Shown: positions 57,515 to 64,000 of the stretch, piece after piece | How the letters are laid out: every line of letters starts with the position of its first letter | How positions within the stretch are numbered: the stretch's first letter is position 1 | Assembly: GCA_958295775.1 (NCBI GenBank) | Contig: CATQHC010000003.1 | Span: 91,419 to 155,418 of the forward strand | DNA length: 64,000 bases | From: Chloroflexota bacterium | GTDB lineage: Bacteria > Chloroflexota > UBA11872 > VXOZ01 | Direction of reading: 5' to 3' | The notes under the pieces: generated by a model | Databases searched by the model: none | The model's input: only the letters and a program-made list of their open reading frames with translations | Told to the model about the DNA's origin: nothing | Position numbers and translations under genes: made by a program

Positions 57515-58804
57515 ATGTCGAGAATACTGAAGACATTGACGCTGATCGTCGTGGTGAGTGCGCTGGTGCTGTTTGCAGCAGCGTGTGCCGCTGAGCCGGC
57601 CGCCGAGCCGGAGATGGCCGAGAAGGAAGAGATGGCAGCCGCGCCAGTGGTGAAGATTGGCGTGCTGCTTCCGTTTACCGGGCCTTTGGGTGAGTTTGGC
57701 GCGGCCTTTGAGAAGGCGGCAGCCCTCGCCGAAGAGCATTTGGCTGCAGGCGGCTATCCGATAGAGATCGTCTACGGTGACACCGAGACGAATCCGACGG
57801 CAGCCGTGGAGGCGGCCCGCAAGCTGGTGGACGTAGACCAGGTGCACGCGCTGATTGGCGCCGCGGCCAGTAGCTCCAGTTTGGCCGTTGCCGAGTCGGT
57901 GACCATCCCCAAGGGCGTGCCCCAGATTTCCTACGCCTCTACGTCGCCGCTGCTCACGATTCTGCCCGCTGACGAGGGCCAGGACTTTCTGTTCCGCACC
58001 GTGCCATCGGATGCGCTGCAGGGGGTGGTGCTGGCGGGCGTGGCCGCGGAGCAGGGCTATACGAACGTGGCCATCCTTTACGTCAACAATCCGTACGGCC
58101 AGGGCCTGAAGGACAACTTCCAGGCAGCATTCGAGGCTGCCGGCGGCTCGGTGAGCGCCGCGGTGCCCCATGACGAAGCGGATTCCACCACCTACGTGGC
58201 GGAACTGCGCAAAGCAATCGAAGGCGAGCCGGAGGTGCTGCTGGCGTTGAGTTATGCCGGCCATGCGACCATCTATCTGCGGGAAGCCATCGAGAATGAC
58301 TTCATTACGAAGTTCCTTTTCGTGGACGGCACCCGATCGGAAGAGATCATCAAGGCAGTCGGCGCTGAGAATCTCGAGGGCATGTTTGGCACGGCGCCGG
58401 GTTCAGCCGACACGCCGTCGCTTGAACTCTTCACGGCAGACTATCAGGCGAAGTACGGCGAGTTGCCGCCGCTGCCCTTCATGACCAACGTCTACGACTC
58501 CATCGTCATTGCGGCCTTGGCGGCACTGGCGGCGGAAGTATCCGGTGTGGAGGTCACGCCCGCTGCGGTGCGTGACATGCTGCGCACGGTCTCCAATCCT
58601 GACGGCGACGTGGCTGCGGCCGGCGCGGCCGGGGTCAAGGCGGCAATTGAAACCCTCCGCGCAGGCGGGAGCATTAACTACGAAGGCGCCGCAGGCGCAC
58701 ATGACTTCGATGCGAATGGCGACGTGGTCACGCCTATCGAGGTCTGGAAGTACGCCGGCGGCACTATTGAGAGTGTGCGCACGGAGGAAGTCACGATAGA
58801 GTAA
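57515..58804 (+). CDS. LivJ/LivK-like ABC substrate-binding lipoprotein
   Basis: Lipobox AAAC, VKIGVLLPFTG, IGAAASSSS, FLFRTVPSD and NNPYGQGL motifs. Confidence 0.9.
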   Translation: MSRILKTLTLIVVVSALVLFAAACAAEPAAEPEMAEKEEMAAAPVVKIGVLLPFTGPLGEFGAAFEKAAALAEEHLAAGGYPIEIVYGDTETNPTAAVEAARKLVDVDQVHALIGAAASSSSLAVAESVTIPKGVPQISYASTSPLLTILPADEGQDFLFRTVPSDALQGVVLAGVAAEQGYTNVAILYVNNPYGQGLKDNFQAAFEAAGGSVSAAVPHDEADSTTYVAELRKAIEGEPEVLLALSYAGHATIYLREAIENDFITKFLFVDGTRSEEIIKAVGAENLEGMFGTAPGSADTPSLELFTADYQAKYGELPPLPFMTNVYDSIVIAALAALAAEVSGVEVTPAAVRDMLRTVSNPDGDVAAAGAAGVKAAIETLRAGGSINYEGAAGAHDFDANGDVVTPIEVWKYAGGTIESVRTEEVTIE

Positions 58805-58834
58805 CTGCCCTCATTTTCTAAGGGTGTGAAAAGA

Positions 58835-58870
58835 ATGGAGGGCCGGCCGAGCGCCGGCCCTCCATCTTTC
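58835..58870 (+). terminator. Intrinsic terminator
   Basis: ATGGAGGGCCGG-CCGAGCG-CCGGCCCTCCAT followed by CTTTC. Confidence 0.75.
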
Positions 58871-58929
58871 TGCCGCGCACTGAATCAGCGCGAGTGGACC
58901 TTGAGGTTGAGCAAGCCTGTATTGACGGG

Positions 58930-59400
58930 CAAGAGCGCCGGTAGCGCAGGTTTGCAACCTGCGGCAGCTTCTCGGGAAAATGGGCGATCACGCCCTTCCG
59001 AAGGGTTGAGCACAGGTTGCAAACCTGTGCTACCGTTTACGCTTATTGAACTCCTGCGGCGGAACCCCTCGTGCAGAGCTCACCGATCCTGAGCTTGTCG
59101 ATGGGTCGATGGGTCGAATATGAACGGTTGCACTTGCGCCCATCTCCTTCTATGTCTTCTGCCGCCAAACCGTAGCGCGGGGGCTTGTCCCCCGCTCCGC
59201 ATCGAGTGCAGGGTAGGTTATGTGTACAGCACCGCACACCCCGCAAAGTCTATAGTCAAGCGCGGACGCCTGACCTTCGCCTACCGCAAAGCCGTAGCGC
59301 GGAGGCTTTTCCCCCACGCCGACGACCCTTGCGCGACTTCGCATGCTCCCTCTCCCAAGACTGGGAGAGGGCTGGGGTGAGGGTTGAGAGTTGAAACTGC
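58930..59400. repeat. Composite REP cluster (families B, C and GTAGCGCGGGGGCTTGTCCCCCGC type)
   Basis: Multiple palindromes at 58941, 59009, 59089, 59172, 59294 and 59347. Confidence 0.75.
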
Positions 59401-59528
59401 CCGTTGCGCGTGTGGGACAGGCCGTGTGGTTCAGCACCTAACACCCCGCAGAGTCTATAATCAAGGGAGAAATATACGCTCTTAACCATTACACCGAGAA
59501 CGGCAGCGCATACAGGAGAGACCACCGC

Positions 59529-60356
59529 ATGACGACCAAGTATCTTTACGGCAAAATGACGTGGCCGGAGATTAAGGAAGCGGCAGCGCAGGAGCGGGTG
59601 GCTCTGCTCCCCACGGGCTGCATCGAAGACCACGGCCCGCACCTGCCGCTGGACGTGGACGTGCTGCTCCCCAGCACCATCTGCGAGCGCACGGCAGAGC
59701 AGATTCCTGAGCAATGTGTCGTGGTTCCGGCCGTCGCCCACGGCTATGATCCGCACCACTTGGACTTTCCCGGTGTGATCCACGTGGACGGCGACGTGTT
59801 CATTCGCTATCTCGTGGATATCTGCAAATCGCTCATCCACCATGGCTTTACGCGCATCATCATGCTGAACGGCCACGGCAGCAATACGGCATTTACCGAG
59901 GTTGCCGCCCGCCTGGCGGTGATCGAAACTGAAGGCGAAGGGCTGGTTTACGCGCTGAACCACTGGGGCATCGCCGAGGTGCGCAAGGTGGTGGCCGAAC
60001 TGCGGGATTCGCCCCACGGCGGCATGTCCCACGGCGGCGAGTTGGAAACGAGCCTCTACCTCGCCATCGATCCCGATAACGTCTACATGGACAAAGCGGC
60101 GGCGGAAATCCCGCCGGACGTGCCGATGAGCCTGGGCGGGTGGAACGACTTGGTCGCCGGCCGTGCCGACGAGGCCAACCATGTGGCGGCAATGCCCTAC
60201 TGGAGCACCTTTTCCAAGACCGGCGTGCGCGGCGATCCCACGGTGGCGACTGCCGAGAAAGGGGAAAAGTTCTTGGAGGCTGCGGTACGCGGCCTGGCCC
60301 AGATGGTGCGCGATTTACGAGAGCTTGAGATCAATCCGCGCGTAGACCACCATTAG
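59529..60356 (+). CDS. Creatininase / amidohydrolase family protein
   Basis: LPTGCIEDHGPHLPLDVD, NGHGSN, HGGELETS and GVRGDPT motifs. Confidence 0.92.
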   Translation: MTTKYLYGKMTWPEIKEAAAQERVALLPTGCIEDHGPHLPLDVDVLLPSTICERTAEQIPEQCVVVPAVAHGYDPHHLDFPGVIHVDGDVFIRYLVDICKSLIHHGFTRIIMLNGHGSNTAFTEVAARLAVIETEGEGLVYALNHWGIAEVRKVVAELRDSPHGGMSHGGELETSLYLAIDPDNVYMDKAAAEIPPDVPMSLGGWNDLVAGRADEANHVAAMPYWSTFSKTGVRGDPTVATAEKGEKFLEAAVRGLAQMVRDLRELEINPRVDHH

Positions 60357-60638
60357 CGCCTGTTCAGCCCAATTCTGGCAAAGAACAGAACCCTCGTCCT
60401 GTCACCTTACCGTAATGCGGGAGAAGACTAGGCAAATAGAACTTCTGTCTTATCCCCTCTCCCGTGACGGGTGAGAGTAAGGTGAATAGAATGTCCGTCT
60501 TGTCCCCTCTCCCGCCGGGAGAGGGTTAGGGTGAGGGGGAAGCAATGGGATTGGATTTCGCCGAATAGGTGAAAGCGCCGTTTCTTCGTTCAACCTGTGC
60601 CTTTGAAATGTGCATAACGCTAGAAGGAGTACTGCCTG

Positions 60639-62369
60639 TTGGAGACCTCCGTCACCCCAGACCCGCCAATACAATCGCAGTCTCGTCAGCCCGGTGGAAT
60701 TTCCCCACCCAATCATGTCGGCGAAGAGCCCTCACCCCGTCAATCCGACCAAGGGCCCACAATCCGTCATTCCGGCAATGAGACCTCCCTGCGTCATTCC
60801 CGCGAAAGCGGGAATCCATCTTCTCTTCCTAGGAAGACCCGCGAGTGCGTCGTAGTGCTGGACTTCGGCTCTCAGTACAGCCCGCTTATCGTGCGCCGCA
60901 TCCGTGAATGCGGCGTGTATGCGGAACTCATGCCCTACGACGCGGATGAGGCAGCTATCCGCGCTCTCAATCCCCGCGCCTTGGTGCTCTCCGGCGGACC
61001 GTCCAGCGCCTACGCGCCTGGCGCGCCCCATCCGCAGCCGTACGTCTGGCAGGGCAAGCTGCCGGTGCTGGGCATTTGCTACGGCATGCAGCTCATGGCA
61101 CAGGCGTTGGGCGGCAGCGTGGAGCCCGCTGAGCGGCGCGAATACGGCCATGCCATGATCCAGGCGGAGGATGCCGCTGGAATTTTCGCAGACCTTGCCC
61201 CCGACCAGGACGTTTGGATGAGCCACGGCGACCACATCACGGCGCTGCCGCCAGAATTTCAGGTGCTGGCGTCGTCGGCCAACGCGCCCATTGCCGCCAT
61301 GGGCAACGCACAGGGCATGATCGGCATTCAGTTCCACCCGGAGGTCGCCCACACGCCCCAAGGCATGGCGATCATGCGTAACTTCCTCTTTGAGGTCTGC
61401 GGTCTGCGCGGCGATTGGACGCCCGCCGCCTTCATCGATGAGGCCGTGGCCGACATTCAGCGGCAGGTAGGCGAGCAGCGGGTGATTTTGGCCCTTTCAG
61501 GCGGCGTTGACTCCACCGTGGCGGCGGCGCTTCTCCACCGGGCCATTGGCGACCGCCTCATCAACGTATTCGTGGACAACGGCCTGCTACGCCTCAACGA
61601 ACCGGACTGGGTCGAAGAAAGCCTCACGCGCCTCGGCATTCCCGTGCGGCGGGTGGACGCCCGCGCCCGATTCTTAAATGCGTTAGCGGATGTTGCAGAC
61701 CCTGAGAAAAAGAGGCGCATCATCGGCGAGACGTTCATTGACGTCTTCGAGGACGAGGCCCAGCGCCACGCGCCGGTGGACTTCCTGGCCCAGGGCACGA
61801 TCTATTCCGACGTGATCGAGAGTCGCGCGCCGGATTCAAAAGCTGCCGCGCGCATCAAGAGCCACCACAACGTGGGCGGCCTGCCGGAAACCATGCGCCT
61901 CACCCTCGTCGAACCGCTGCGCAAACTCTTCAAGGACGAGGTGCGCACCGTGGGCGAGGAACTGGGACTGCCCCACGAACTCGTCTGGCGCCACCCGTTT
62001 CCGGGACCGGGTCTCGCCGTGCGCGTGCTCGGCGCGGTGACGGAAGAGAAGCTACACATTGTGCGTCTGGCGGATGCCATCCTCACCGAGGAACTCCGCG
62101 CCGCCGCGCTGTATGAAAAATACTGGCAGGTGCTGGCCGTGCTGCCGGACGTGCAGAGCGTCGGCGTGATGGGCGACGAACGCACCTACGACCACCTGGT
62201 CGCTCTGCGCGCCATCGAGAGCCAGGACGCCATGACCGCCAATTGGGCCCACATCCCCCACGACGTGCTGGCCCGCATCTCCAGCCGCATCGTCAACGAA
62301 GTCCCCCACGTCAATCGCGTGGTCTACGACATCACCAACAAACCTCCAGCCACCATCGAGTGGGAGTGA
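60639..62369 (+). CDS. guaA: GMP synthase (glutamine-hydrolysing) with a repeat-derived N-terminal extension
   Basis: [37 protein letters not shown] and KPPATIEWE motifs; AAGGAG 9 nt before TTG 60639. Confidence 0.95.
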   Translation: METSVTPDPPIQSQSRQPGGISPPNHVGEEPSPRQSDQGPTIRHSGNETSLRHSRESGNPSSLPRKTRECVVVLDFGSQYSPLIVRRIRECGVYAELMPYDADEAAIRALNPRALVLSGGPSSAYAPGAPHPQPYVWQGKLPVLGICYGMQLMAQALGGSVEPAERREYGHAMIQAEDAAGIFADLAPDQDVWMSHGDHITALPPEFQVLASSANAPIAAMGNAQGMIGIQFHPEVAHTPQGMAIMRNFLFEVCGLRGDWTPAAFIDEAVADIQRQVGEQRVILALSGGVDSTVAAALLHRAIGDRLINVFVDNGLLRLNEPDWVEESLTRLGIPVRRVDARARFLNALADVADPEKKRRIIGETFIDVFEDEAQRHAPVDFLAQGTIYSDVIESRAPDSKAAARIKSHHNVGGLPETMRLTLVEPLRKLFKDEVRTVGEELGLPHELVWRHPFPGPGLAVRVLGAVTEEKLHIVRLADAILTEELRAAALYEKYWQVLAVLPDVQSVGVMGDERTYDHLVALRAIESQDAMTANWAHIPHDVLARISSRIVNEVPHVNRVVYDITNKPPATIEWE

Positions 62370-62716
62370 GGCAAGGGTTTCTTAGGCGCTGCTAGAGTGG
62401 TGGGACTCGCAGGATCCCCTCTGCCCCACCTCCCCCCTTAGTGTTCCCGCAACAGTGAGATTAGTATCACGTAGGGGGCACGATATGTCGTGCCCCCTAC
62501 ACCTGCGTGCGCGTGGTTGCGGCGAATTCAACCCTCACCCCGGCCCTCTCTCCCAGTCATGGGAGAGGGGGCTATCGGAGCGGCACGAGGGTCTAGCGGA
62601 GTTTGCCGAGACTGAGCAGGGGGCGTTGCGGAGCGATGGGAGTTGGGCCGGCTCGGAATGGAGAACCGCGAGTTTTTCCGACGGTGCTCCTTATGTTGAT
62701 CTGTAGCTAGGCCACC

Positions 62717-63784
62717 CTACGCCGCAGCCAGGGTGGCTTCCATGCGGCGGCCGAGGGCGGTGACGCCGAGGAGGAACACGGCGCAGATGGCGAAGCCGAT
62801 GGCGAGGTCTACCCATACTTCGGCGAGGCCGGCGCCGCGGATGGCGATATCGAACAGCGGGGAGAGGAAGTAGTAGGTGGGGAAGACTTTCGCGATCCAC
62901 TGGGGCAGGTTCGGCCAGATGAAGAAGACGACGGGCACGAGCAGTACGATAGCGCCGGACTTCCAGATGGTATAGAGCGCTTTCGTATCTTTGGCGAAGG
63001 AGCCGAGCATCAGGCCGACCTCCACCGCCATGAGCGTCGCCAGCACGAGCACGAGCAGCAGCGCGGCGGTGTTGGTACCGAGCGCGCCGTTCAGCGCCAG
63101 GGTCACGACGCCGGTGGCCATGGCCAGGATGAAGCCCAATGCGCCCTTGCCGAGCAGGACGTCGCCCAAGCGGGTCGGCGTGACGAGCAGTGCGGTGAGC
63201 GTCCGTTTTTCCTTCTCTTCCACGAGACTAGTCGCCGGTGTCAAAGCCCCCGCAATGAGTACCGCCATGAGCACGATCAACGGCAGCAGGCGGGAGACGA
63301 TGGGCACGGACTCGCCATCGCCGACGGTGATAGTTTCCACGTCAATTGGCGCGGGAGAGCCCGCCACCTCGCGGATGAGGTCGACCATGGTCACTCCCAA
63401 CACGACGCGGTTGGCGGCCAGGCTCTGTCCGCCAAAGAAGAATTGCACGTTGGGCATCTGGCCGGCCTGCAAGGCACCGTCAAAGCCCGTGGGCAGTATG
63501 AGACCGGCGTCGAGATCGTTATTCTCTACCATCTGTTTCAGGACGGCGGCGGATTCAGGAAACGTCACTTGGACGCCCTCCATCGCGCTGGCGTTACGGA
63601 CGATCTGCGAGTCGCCTTCATCCACGATGCCGAGCCGGGGCGCGGGGTCGAAGAGGCTGCCGAACACTACGCGAATCAAGAGCGTGAGAATCACGGGCAG
63701 GGCGATGGCATACAGAAAGATGGGTGAGCGCGGCCCGACGCCCAAGTCCTTACGCAACAGGTGCCACGCGTGTACACCTACCAT
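62717..63784 (-). CDS. ABC-2 type transporter permease
   Basis: SLVEEKEKRTLTALLVTP...VLLGK and PTYY motifs; N-terminal TM plus extracellular domain. Confidence 0.9.
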   Translation of the reverse strand: MVGVHAWHLLRKDLGVGPRSPIFLYAIALPVILTLLIRVVFGSLFDPAPRLGIVDEGDSQIVRNASAMEGVQVTFPESAAVLKQMVENNDLDAGLILPTGFDGALQAGQMPNVQFFFGGQSLAANRVVLGVTMVDLIREVAGSPAPIDVETITVGDGESVPIVSRLLPLIVLMAVLIAGALTPATSLVEEKEKRTLTALLVTPTRLGDVLLGKGALGFILAMATGVVTLALNGALGTNTAALLLVLVLATLMAVEVGLMLGSFAKDTKALYTIWKSGAIVLLVPVVFFIWPNLPQWIAKVFPTYYFLSPLFDIAIRGAGLAEVWVDLAIGFAICAVFLLGVTALGRRMEATLAAA

Positions 63785-64000
63785 GGTGTCTCCGCCTTTC
63801 GCTCTATATCCTTGTAGCGCGGGGGCTTGTCCCCCGCTCCTCGTTACCGCATCTTATCTTCAGCATCTGCATAGTGCCACAGTAGCGGGACAAGCCCGCC
63901 ACGAATTACCAGCAAGAATCGCACGTATTTTGAGAATATCCAGCCTGAATTGGTAAATGGGCTCACGCGATGAAAACTGCCCCTTCGCCGCGGGGATCGG

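Noticed and set aside
58930-59400. Repeat clusters (also 47620-47940 and 60684-60818) as a CRISPR array
   Set aside because: The units are heterogeneous palindromes or degenerate tandem repeats, with no constant repeat plus unique spacers and no cas genes.
59529-60356. Creatininase-family gene as mycofactocin mftE
   Set aside because: No mftA/B/C genes nearby, so only a family-level call is supported.
527-63956. Many long antisense or overlapping ORFs in the ORF track (e.g. 527-1540, 3911-5047, 13699-14874, 17372-18724, 19809-21134, 34873-36075)
   Set aside because: Shadow ORFs expected in high-GC DNA. They overlap well-supported genes and lack motifs.

Overview
A GC-rich bacterial chromosomal window. 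Gene content and dense REP-like palindromes suggest Chloroflexota, which is an inference. It contains two type II/VII toxin-antitoxin pairs downstream of a CCA-adding enzyme gene, a GH15 glucoamylase, and a probable replication origin (oriC, about 7.45-7.85 kb) with no dnaA nearby. Further along are four GT4 glycosyltransferases, an IS30 element inserted into a REP palindrome, moaDE, four tRNAs (Arg-CCT, Thr-CGT, Tyr-GTA, Asp-GTC) and a BtuFCD/FecBCD-type importer. A phosphate/polyphosphate locus follows (phoP-phoR, phoU, arsC, and CHAD-ppx plus two thymidylate-kinase-like genes), then hisH/hisA/hisF interrupted by lower-GC nuclease genes, cbiMNQO and guaA. Best leads: (1) a lone NYN/PIN RNase preceded by a strong promoter, a ~60-nt two-hairpin RNA and a terminator-like stem, resembling a type III RNA-antitoxin layout; (2) the tandem TMK-like pair in a polyP operon, a candidate unrecognised polyP kinase; (3) three insertions flanked by diverged copies of a host gene end or promoter; (4) tandem NrdR boxes in front of tRNA-Arg and a B12/iron importer; (5) REP palindromes recruited into coding sequence. 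All calls come from reading the sequence; no database searches were run.
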